Source: Macrostomum lignano | Taxonomy: Eukaryota | Reading direction: 5' to 3' | DNA length: 64,000 nucleotides | Assembly (NCBI GenBank): GCA_002269645.1 | Contig: NIVC01002631.1 | Span: forward strand, 1 to 64,000 | Shown here: piece by piece, positions 54,103-64,000 of the stretch | Layout of the letters: each line of letters opens with the position of its first letter | How positions within the stretch are numbered: position 1 is the stretch's first letter | Position numbers and translations under genes: made by a program | The notes under the pieces: model-generated | Database searches by the model: none | The model's input: only the letters and a program-made list of their open reading frames with translations | Told to the model about the DNA's origin: nothing

Positions 54103-55348
54103 TACTTTGTAATCAGAGATTTAATGATATTGGAATTCTTAAGGAAAAATAGATTTATCCCACATTTACCGGTAAAACTAAGACGTACGTAGACACGGGG
54201 CAAAGTTCAGATCTGTGTAACGCCATTTGTAACTGGGTGTGTCATGGAATCTGTACTGTTAAATACATGACTTGAAGTTTTGCTTTTTCGCCTCTGACTA
54301 CATACTCTCTATGACATGAATGATTTCTGGTCTAAATTGAGGTCTGTAAGTCTTTTAACGTAAAATTTAAAATGATGAACCATTTCAAATGCACTTTGAA
54401 ATGAATCATTGGACATGGTATATAAGTCAAAGAGAGGAAACTTGAGATTATGGTGGTTAGGGTGAGTCATAGAGTAGGTACGGTGAGTCTAACCAGTCAG
54501 GGTGGTTAGCGTGGGAGATCAAGAAGAGTAGTGAAAAGAAGCGGGACACCAGTTCGAAATCAAGGATTGTCATTTATGACAAGCAAATTAATGTTATAAA
54601 TGCAGACAGAACATTTGTCCACGTGCCGGGATTTTTTTCAATGTCTTCAACAGACAGACAGAAGGGGTGCAGTGTGCTCAGAGGCGGTCATGCTCAGCAA
54701 GACAACTCAAACGGGCAGAGATTTGGCTTACAACCAGTTAGCTGTGCTCAGTCTTATACTGCAGGATTGGAATTACACAACTTGAGTAGCTAAATGCCAT
54801 GCAGACTGTCAGAGGTGAGCTGTCAGCAGCACTAGCAAGTTGGCAGCCATGAAAATCTGCATTCAAGCGGCAGCACAGCTGAAGCACCGCATGGCTGGCA
54901 AAATGCCTTGCGGAGAAGCTCAGTGCGGGAAACACCTCAATGCGAGCCTCAGCAGAAAACTGCTGCAGCTGAAACACTTAACCAACTTGATCAGCTGATT
55001 GAATATCCGCTGGCTGAGGCCCTGAGAGCTGAGCAAATTCCCATGGCAACAGCTGCATTGAACACCCTATGTGGTCTATTAAAGTCAATATTAAAAGAAT
55101 CAACACCTCAAGACAAACATTTAAACTAACGAATTAGTAAAATTGAAACAATAAAGTTGTATTTAGTTAAAGCAAACCAGTTAAAGGTTATTAGTAACAA
55201 TAAAGTGTGCTAGGCAGCCATGCATTTAATTTAATTAATGAAGAAAATTTATAGCCCCACATCAAGACAAACATTAAAACAAACATGGGGAACTTTAACA
55301 CTGGCTGTGAAAGTTGTGTATCGAGAAAATTCCATCATGCAGACAATA

Positions 55349-56414
55349 CGAGGATGCTTAACAAGTTCGCAGAAAATGTAGCTCGTAGCTTCCTTATATG
55401 CAAATAAAATGAGATTTTTTGTGTTTATATCAGTACATATTAAAACTTCATGTCAATTTTCAGCCTCTGCTTAAAATGCTACGACGCAATGGTCGAAAAA
55501 GTGATACGACCCCAGACCCTGTCCTGGGATTGACAATGTGACAGACGAGTTGCAGTTCTTGTTCAATTTCGATTTGGCCAATCCGCCTCTCGAGCGCTTG
55601 CAGATGCTTTGAAAAGCGTTGGGTGATGAAGCATCATCCCAGACAATGGTGTACAAGTGGTTTGAACGAGAAGGCCGTCCAAATTCGGTTATTACGAACG
55701 CAACAGTTCCAGTGTCCAAAGACTGCTCGATGAAGATCGAGGAGTGACGGTTGGCGAAATCGAGAAACATGTCGGGATTTCAGATTCAAGCGCCATTTCT
55801 ATCTTGCATGATCATCTGGGCATGAGGAAAGCGTCTGCACTCTGGGTGCCCCATTACTTGAACTTCACTCTTATTCCGGTGGTGTGGCATCCTGCCGCAC
55901 ATTCTATTCGAAAAAGGTGCCACAGTGACTAGTCACTGGTACTTAAGTGTCTGCCTGTCCCAGGTGCTGGAGCTCCTCTGTCAGGATGCGGCCAAAGACC
56001 AGAGACCATGCCATTTTCTTGCACCATGACAATGCTCCAGCTCACCGAGCCAGAGTGACACAGGAGTTTCTGGCATTGACTCAGCAGACTCTGCTGCCAC
56101 ATCCAGCCTACTCGCCTGAAATCGCTCCAGCTGACTTCTTCCTCTTCAAGAAGATCAAGAAGAATCTCAAGGGAAAGCGTTTTGACTCACGCAAGAAGCT
56201 TAAAGAGGCGTTGAAAGCAGAGCTGGAAGCTATCCCTCAGGTGGAATTAAGGGCATGTTTTGCAGCATAGTTTCATGCGATGGAGAAATGCAGAAATCTG
56301 TCTGAAAACTATGCTGAGAAGTCTCATTAATTGGGGGGGATACATTCAAAACAATTTTCAGGTGGCGGCATATTCAGAAGTGTCTTTTTTCCGCGAACTT
56401 ATTAAGCATCCATT
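55349..56414 (+). mobile_element. Mariner remnant, copy in repeat unit 2
   Basis: Same sequence as 51390-52455 at +3959. Confidence 0.9.
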
Positions 56415-56834
56415 GCAACAACGCTCGGCTTTACAAAACTTAAAGAACAAATGTTAAGAAGTAGAAACGATGCATGAGTGCTGAGTAGTGATACAGACAG
56501 TAATGTTATGAGAAACAACTGGAAACCTTTAGCAGCAACAAGTGAAAAGATGGCCTAACAGTAGAGTGCAGTATTGTATATGCCGTGACTAACTAGTCAT
56601 TGACTGCTGTCACTAACAGGTCATTGGTTTAGCATCCGCCTGTATTGCTCTAGAATAACTCAGCGAAGATCATTAAAGCTCTAAAGACAGAAGGACAAGA
56701 CAAAAAAGCTATGAAACGATGACAAGCAAACACTTGGCGCACAGTATGGACCAAGACCAATTGTCCACATCGGCAATTAGCGGAGTGCAGCAAATTTGAA
56801 TATTCGCTACACAACGTGCTGCTCGGAGTGGCTA

Positions 56835-58061
56835 TTAAGATTGCTGACTTGATTGAATCTCTTGCCGCACACTTTGCACTGAAACGGCTTTTTTCTCAGT
56901 GTGCAGCCTTGAGTGGGTAGTGAGAATGTTGGCTTGATTAAATCTCCTGCCGCACACTTTGCACTGAAACGGCTTTTCTCCTGTATGCAGCCTTGAGTGG
57001 GTTGTGAGAATGTTGACTTGATTAAATCTCCTGCCGCACACTTTGCACTGAAACGGCTTTTCTCCTGTATGCAGCCTTGAGTGGGTTGTGAGGCTGCTAT
57101 TGACAGCAAATCTCTTGCCGCAAACTTTGCATTGAAATGGCTTTTCACCAGTGTGTAGCCTTGAGTGGGTGGTGAGGCTGCTATTGACACTGAATCTCTT
57201 GCCGCACACCTTGCAAACAAATGGCTTTTCTCCGGTGTGCAGCCTTAAGTGCTTAGTGAGACCGCTGCTGTCACTGAATCTCTTGCCGCACACCTTGCAC
57301 TCAAATGGCTTTTCTCCTGTGTGCACCCTTGAGTGCGTAGTAAGGCTGCTGCTGTCACTGAATCTCTTGCCGCACACCTTGCACTGAAATGGCTTTTCTC
57401 CTGTGTGCAACCTTAAGTGCTTAGTGAGGCTGCTGCTGTCACTGAATCTCTTGCCGCACACCTCGCACTCAAACGGCCTCTCTCCAGTGTGAGAACGGAT
57501 GTGCACGTGTAGATGAGACGCCTTTGTGAAGGACTTCCCACACCATTTGCACTTGTGTGGTTTCTCCTTTATGTGCACTGCACTAATGTGAGCCTTGAGG
57601 TGGCCTTTTCTGGAGAACTTCTTCTGGCAAGTGTCGCACTGGAACGGCCTCTGGACACCCTGAGCTCGACGGTGCCGTGTTGCAGCACTCTTTGTAGCTC
57701 GGGTATTCCCGACTGACTCGCACTCCTGACGCTTCGTCACTGCACGACTGCCGTCTGCACACGGCTGCATCGCTGACTCATTGCGAGACGCGACCTGCTC
57801 GACCGCCGCCGCTCTGACAGCTTCTGAGTTGGTCGCAGCCGCCTCCTCTGGCTCCGAGTCGCAGCCCATTCCGTGTGACCGCACATGACGCAAGTACTGC
57901 GCCACTGCCGCTCGGGTGCGGCAGAACCGCCTGGGACAAAAGGGGCAGGCGACAGAGCCCCGGCGCATCTCTGAGAAACTGTGGGGCTGCGATCCGTGCT
58001 GAGATGCCGATTCTCGAAGCCCGTCTCTGCCTGAGCTGCAATGCGGAGCGGTAGACTTCAT
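56835..58061 (-). CDS. C2H2 zinc-finger protein copy Z5 (same protein as Z4)
   Basis: Identical translation. Confidence 0.85.
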   Translation of the reverse strand: MKSTAPHCSSGRDGLRESASQHGSQPHSFSEMRRGSVACPFCPRRFCRTRAAVAQYLRHVRSHGMGCDSEPEEAAATNSEAVRAAAVEQVASRNESAMQPCADGSRAVTKRQECESVGNTRATKSAATRHRRAQGVQRPFQCDTCQKKFSRKGHLKAHISAVHIKEKPHKCKWCGKSFTKASHLHVHIRSHTGERPFECEVCGKRFSDSSSLTKHLRLHTGEKPFQCKVCGKRFSDSSSLTTHSRVHTGEKPFECKVCGKRFSDSSGLTKHLRLHTGEKPFVCKVCGKRFSVNSSLTTHSRLHTGEKPFQCKVCGKRFAVNSSLTTHSRLHTGEKPFQCKVCGRRFNQVNILTTHSRLHTGEKPFQCKVCGRRFNQANILTTHSRLHTEKKAVSVQSVRQEIQSSQQS

Positions 58062-59307
58062 TACTTTGTAATCAGAGATTTAATGATATTGGAATTCTTA
58101 AGGAAAAATAGATTTATCCCACATTTACCGGTAAAACTAAGACGTACGTAGACACGGGGCAAAGTTCAGATCTGTGTAACGCCATTTGTAACTGGGTGTG
58201 TCATGGAATCTGTACTGTTAAATACATGACTTGAAGTTTTGCTTTTTCGCCTCTGACTACATACTCTCTATGACATGAATGATTTCTGGTCTAAATTGAG
58301 GTCTGTAAGTCTTTTAACGTAAAATTTAAAATGATGAACCATTTCAAATGCACTTTGAAATGAATCATTGGACATGGTATATAAGTCAAAGAGAGGAAAC
58401 TTGAGATTATGGTGGTTAGGGTGAGTCATAGAGTAGGTACGGTGAGTCTAACCAGTCAGGGTGGTTAGCGTGGGAGATCAAGAAGAGTAGTGAAAAGAAG
58501 CGGGACACCAGTTCGAAATCAAGGATTGTCATTTATGACAAGCAAATTAATGTTATAAATGCAGACAGAACATTTGTCCACGTGCCGGGATTTTTTTCAA
58601 TGTCTTCAACAGACAGACAGAAGGGGTGCAGTGTGCTCAGAGGCGGTCATGCTCAGCAAGACAACTCAAACGGGCAGAGATTTGGCTTACAACCAGTTAG
58701 CTGTGCTCAGTCTTATACTGCAGGATTGGAATTACACAACTTGAGTAGCTAAATGCCATGCAGACTGTCAGAGGTGAGCTGTCAGCAGCACTAGCAAGTT
58801 GGCAGCCATGAAAATCTGCATTCAAGCGGCAGCACAGCTGAAGCACCGCATGGCTGGCAAAATGCCTTGCGGAGAAGCTCAGTGCGGGAAACACCTCAAT
58901 GCGAGCCTCAGCAGAAAACTGCTGCAGCTGAAACACTTAACCAACTTGATCAGCTGATTGAATATCCGCTGGCTGAGGCCCTGAGAGCTGAGCAAATTCC
59001 CATGGCAACAGCTGCATTGAACACCCTATGTGGTCTATTAAAGTCAATATTAAAAGAATCAACACCTCAAGACAAACATTTAAACTAACGAATTAGTAAA
59101 ATTGAAACAATAAAGTTGTATTTAGTTAAAGCAAACCAGTTAAAGGTTATTAGTAACAATAAAGTGTGCTAGGCAGCCATGCATTTAATTTAATTAATGA
59201 AGAAAATTTATAGCCCCACATCAAGACAAACATTAAAACAAACATGGGGAACTTTAACACTGGCTGTGAAAGTTGTGTATCGAGAAAATTCCATCATGCA
59301 GACAATA

Positions 59308-60373
59308 CGAGGATGCTTAACAAGTTCGCAGAAAATGTAGCTCGTAGCTTCCTTATATGCAAATAAAATGAGATTTTTTGTGTTTATATCAGTACATATT
59401 AAAACTTCATGTCAATTTTCAGCCTCTGCTTAAAATGCTACGACGCAATGGTCGAAAAAGTGATACGACCCCAGACCCTGTCCTGGGATTGACAATGTGA
59501 CAGACGAGTTGCAGTTCTTGTTCAATTTCGATTTGGCCAATCCGCCTCTCGAGCGCTTGCAGATGCTTTGAAAAGCGTTGGGTGATGAAGCATCATCCCA
59601 GACAATGGTGTACAAGTGGTTTGAACGAGAAGGCCGTCCAAATTCGGTTATTACGAACGCAACAGTTCCAGTGTCCAAAGACTGCTCGATGAAGATCGAG
59701 GAGTGACGGTTGGCGAAATCGAGAAACATGTCGGGATTTCAGATTCAAGCGCCATTTCTATCTTGCATGATCATCTGGGCATGAGGAAAGCGTCTGCACT
59801 CTGGGTGCCCCATTACTTGAACTTCACTCTTATTCCGGTGGTGTGGCATCCTGCCGCACATTCTATTCGAAAAAGGTGCCACAGTGACTAGTCACTGGTA
59901 CTTAAGTGTCTGCCTGTCCCAGGTGCTGGAGCTCCTCTGTCAGGATGCGGCCAAAGACCAGAGACCATGCCATTTTCTTGCACCATGACAATGCTCCAGC
60001 TCACCGAGCCAGAGTGACACAGGAGTTTCTGGCATTGACTCAGCAGACTCTGCTGCCACATCCAGCCTACTCGCCTGAAATCGCTCCAGCTGACTTCTTC
60101 CTCTTCAAGAAGATCAAGAAGAATCTCAAGGGAAAGCGTTTTGACTCACGCAAGAAGCTTAAAGAGGCGTTGAAAGCAGAGCTGGAAGCTATCCCTCAGG
60201 TGGAATTAAGGGCATGTTTTGCAGCATAGTTTCATGCGATGGAGAAATGCAGAAATCTGTCTGAAAACTATGCTGAGAAGTCTCATTAATTGGGGGGGAT
60301 ACATTCAAAACAATTTTCAGGTGGCGGCATATTCAGAAGTGTCTTTTTTCCGCGAACTTATTAAGCATCCATT
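59308..60373 (+). mobile_element. Mariner remnant, copy in repeat unit 3
   Basis: Same sequence at +7918. Confidence 0.9.
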
Positions 60374-60793
60374 GCAACAACGCTCGGCTTTACAAAACTT
60401 AAAGAACAAATGTTAAGAAGTAGAAACGATGCATGAGTGCTGAGTAGTGATACAGACAGTAATGTTATGAGAAACAACTGGAAACCTTTAGCAGCAACAA
60501 GTGAAAAGATGGCCTAACAGTAGAGTGCAGTATTGTATATGCCGTGACTAACTAGTCATTGACTGCTGTCACTAACAGGTCATTGGTTTAGCATCCGCCT
60601 GTATTGCTCTAGAATAACTCAGCGAAGATCATTAAAGCTCTAAAGACAGAAGGACAAGACAAAAAAGCTATGAAACGATGACAAGCAAACACTTGGCGCA
60701 CAGTATGGACCAAGACCAATTGTCCACATCGGCAATTAGCGGAGTGCAGCAAATTTGAATATTCGCTACACAACGTGCTGCTCGGAGTGGCTA

Positions 60794-62020
60794 TTAAGAT
60801 TGCTGACTTGATTGAATCTCTTGCCGCACACTTTGCACTGAAACGGCTTTTTTCTCAGTGTGCAGCCTTGAGTGGGTAGTGAGAATGTTGGCTTGATTAA
60901 ATCTCCTGCCGCACACTTTGCACTGAAACGGCTTTTCTCCTGTATGCAGCCTTGAGTGGGTTGTGAGAATGTTGACTTGATTAAATCTCCTGCCGCACAC
61001 TTTGCACTGAAACGGCTTTTCTCCTGTATGCAGCCTTGAGTGGGTTGTGAGGCTGCTATTGACAGCAAATCTCTTGCCGCAAACTTTGCATTGAAATGGC
61101 TTTTCACCAGTGTGTAGCCTTGAGTGGGTGGTGAGGCTGCTATTGACACTGAATCTCTTGCCGCACACCTTGCAAACAAATGGCTTTTCTCCGGTGTGCA
61201 GCCTTAAGTGCTTAGTGAGACCGCTGCTGTCACTGAATCTCTTGCCGCACACCTTGCACTCAAATGGCTTTTCTCCTGTGTGCACCCTTGAGTGCGTAGT
61301 AAGGCTGCTGCTGTCACTGAATCTCTTGCCGCACACCTTGCACTGAAATGGCTTTTCTCCTGTGTGCAACCTTAAGTGCTTAGTGAGGCTGCTGCTGTCA
61401 CTGAATCTCTTGCCGCACACCTCGCACTCAAACGGCCTCTCTCCAGTGTGAGAACGGATGTGCACGTGTAGATGAGACGCCTTTGTGAAGGACTTCCCAC
61501 ACCATTTGCACTTGTGTGGTTTCTCCTTTATGTGCACTGCACTAATGTGAGCCTTGAGGTGGCCTTTTCTGGAGAACTTCTTCTGGCAAGTGTCGCACTG
61601 GAACGGCCTCTGGACACCCTGAGCTCGACGGTGCCGTGTTGCAGCACTCTTTGTAGCTCGGGTATTCCCGACTGACTCGCACTCCTGACGCTTCGTCACT
61701 GCACGACTGCCGTCTGCACACGGCTGCATCGCTGACTCATTGCGAGACGCGACCTGCTCGACCGCCGCCGCTCTGACAGCTTCTGAGTTGGTCGCAGCCG
61801 CCTCCTCTGGCTCCGAGTCGCAGCCCATTCCGTGTGACCGCACATGACGCAAGTACTGCGCCACTGCCGCTCGGGTGCGGCAGAACCGCCTGGGACAAAA
61901 GGGGCAGGCGACAGAGCCCCGGCGCATCTCTGAGAAACTGTGGGGCTGCGATCCGTGCTGAGATGCCGATTCTCGAAGCCCGTCTCTGCCTGAGCTGCAA
62001 TGCGGAGCGGTAGACTTCAT
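60794..62020 (-). CDS. C2H2 zinc-finger protein copy Z6 (same protein as Z4)
   Basis: Identical translation. Confidence 0.85.
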   Translation of the reverse strand: MKSTAPHCSSGRDGLRESASQHGSQPHSFSEMRRGSVACPFCPRRFCRTRAAVAQYLRHVRSHGMGCDSEPEEAAATNSEAVRAAAVEQVASRNESAMQPCADGSRAVTKRQECESVGNTRATKSAATRHRRAQGVQRPFQCDTCQKKFSRKGHLKAHISAVHIKEKPHKCKWCGKSFTKASHLHVHIRSHTGERPFECEVCGKRFSDSSSLTKHLRLHTGEKPFQCKVCGKRFSDSSSLTTHSRVHTGEKPFECKVCGKRFSDSSGLTKHLRLHTGEKPFVCKVCGKRFSVNSSLTTHSRLHTGEKPFQCKVCGKRFAVNSSLTTHSRLHTGEKPFQCKVCGRRFNQVNILTTHSRLHTGEKPFQCKVCGRRFNQANILTTHSRLHTEKKAVSVQSVRQEIQSSQQS

Positions 62021-63266
62021 TACTTTGTAATCAGAGATTTAATGATATTGGAATTCTTAAGGAAAAATAGATTTATCCCACATTTACCGGTAAAACTAAG
62101 ACGTACGTAGACACGGGGCAAAGTTCAGATCTGTGTAACGCCATTTGTAACTGGGTGTGTCATGGAATCTGTACTGTTAAATACATGACTTGAAGTTTTG
62201 CTTTTTCGCCTCTGACTACATACTCTCTATGACATGAATGATTTCTGGTCTAAATTGAGGTCTGTAAGTCTTTTAACGTAAAATTTAAAATGATGAACCA
62301 TTTCAAATGCACTTTGAAATGAATCATTGGACATGGTATATAAGTCAAAGAGAGGAAACTTGAGATTATGGTGGTTAGGGTGAGTCATAGAGTAGGTACG
62401 GTGAGTCTAACCAGTCAGGGTGGTTAGCGTGGGAGATCAAGAAGAGTAGTGAAAAGAAGCGGGACACCAGTTCGAAATCAAGGATTGTCATTTATGACAA
62501 GCAAATTAATGTTATAAATGCAGACAGAACATTTGTCCACGTGCCGGGATTTTTTTCAATGTCTTCAACAGACAGACAGAAGGGGTGCAGTGTGCTCAGA
62601 GGCGGTCATGCTCAGCAAGACAACTCAAACGGGCAGAGATTTGGCTTACAACCAGTTAGCTGTGCTCAGTCTTATACTGCAGGATTGGAATTACACAACT
62701 TGAGTAGCTAAATGCCATGCAGACTGTCAGAGGTGAGCTGTCAGCAGCACTAGCAAGTTGGCAGCCATGAAAATCTGCATTCAAGCGGCAGCACAGCTGA
62801 AGCACCGCATGGCTGGCAAAATGCCTTGCGGAGAAGCTCAGTGCGGGAAACACCTCAATGCGAGCCTCAGCAGAAAACTGCTGCAGCTGAAACACTTAAC
62901 CAACTTGATCAGCTGATTGAATATCCGCTGGCTGAGGCCCTGAGAGCTGAGCAAATTCCCATGGCAACAGCTGCATTGAACACCCTATGTGGTCTATTAA
63001 AGTCAATATTAAAAGAATCAACACCTCAAGACAAACATTTAAACTAACGAATTAGTAAAATTGAAACAATAAAGTTGTATTTAGTTAAAGCAAACCAGTT
63101 AAAGGTTATTAGTAACAATAAAGTGTGCTAGGCAGCCATGCATTTAATTTAATTAATGAAGAAAATTTATAGCCCCACATCAAGACAAACATTAAAACAA
63201 ACATGGGGAACTTTAACACTGGCTGTGAAAGTTGTGTATCGAGAAAATTCCATCATGCAGACAATA

Positions 63267-64000
63267 CGAGGATGCTTAACAAGTTCGCAGAAAATGTAGC
63301 TCGTAGCTTCCTTATATGCAAATAAAATGAGATTTTTTGTGTTTATATCAGTACATATTAAAACTTCATGTCAATTTTCAGCCTCTGCTTAAAATGCTAC
63401 GACGCAATGGTCGAAAAAGTGATACGACCCCAGACCCTGTCCTGGGATTGACAATGTGACAGACGAGTTGCAGTTCTTGTTCAATTTCGATTTGGCCAAT
63501 CCGCCTCTCGAGCGCTTGCAGATGCTTTGAAAAGCGTTGGGTGATGAAGCATCATCCCAGACAATGGTGTACAAGTGGTTTGAACGAGAAGGCCGTCCAA
63601 ATTCGGTTATTACGAACGCAACAGTTCCAGTGTCCAAAGACTGCTCGATGAAGATCGAGGAGTGACGGTTGGCGAAATCGAGAAACATGTCGGGATTTCA
63701 GATTCAAGCGCCATTTCTATCTTGCATGATCATCTGGGCATGAGGAAAGCGTCTGCACTCTGGGTGCCCCATTACTTGAACTTCACTCTTATTCCGGTGG
63801 TGTGGCATCCTGCCGCACATTCTATTCGAAAAAGGTGCCACAGTGACTAGTCACTGGTACTTAAGTGTCTGCCTGTCCCAGGTGCTGGAGCTCCTCTGTC
63901 AGGATGCGGCCAAAGACCAGAGACCATGCCATTTTCTTGCACCATGACAATGCTCCAGCTCACCGAGCCAGAGTGACACAGGAGTTTCTGGCATTGACTC
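63267..64000 (+). mobile_element. Mariner remnant, copy in repeat unit 4, cut by the window edge
   Basis: Same sequence at +11877. Confidence 0.88.

Larger units (their letters stand above)
49527..64000. repeat. Tandem array of a 3959-bp unit (ZNF + LTR-like segment + mariner remnant), about 3.66 copies, running off the window
   Basis: ORFs recur at exact +3959 offsets (52876/56835/60794 and 50641/54600/58559/62518). The only difference I noticed is C50378 versus T54337. Confidence 0.97.

Noticed and set aside
44605-61346. Alternate-frame and antisense ORFs over the ZNF arrays (SARCAARDS.., LLPHTLHSNGFSP..)
   Set aside because: These are shadows of the 84-bp finger periodicity.

Overview
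Eukaryotic (metazoan) genomic DNA with GC-rich exons, GT-AG introns and the standard code. The minisatellite-filled introns resemble the flatworm Macrostomum, but this is an inference, not a determination. The left 40 kb holds five spliced genes that I reconstructed by hand: the last exon of URB1 (with two apparent frameshifts), a 4-exon STK33-like kinase (+, about 364 aa), a 3-exon Cys-rich signal-anchor protein of unknown family (-, about 179 aa), a 10-exon RNI-like LRR protein with Lys/Gly-rich tracts (-, about 524 aa) and a 10-exon three-CH-domain filamin of the jitterbug/FLN-2 type (+, about 1342 aa). About 19 of 24 introns carry their own distinct minisatellite. Several of these multimerise recognisable transcription-factor motifs (RFX X-box, AP-1, GC box, CCAAT). 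DNA-transposon remnants are also present (Crypton-like, Tc1, mariner, MITE). The right 23 kb is a tandem cluster of at least 7 copies or fragments of an apparently single-exon C2H2 zinc-finger gene (-). Older diverged units carry Ty3/Gypsy remnants. A near-identical 3959-bp unit (ZNF + LTR-like piece + mariner remnant) repeats from 49527 to the window end. Most long ORFs in the supplied track are repeat artefacts.
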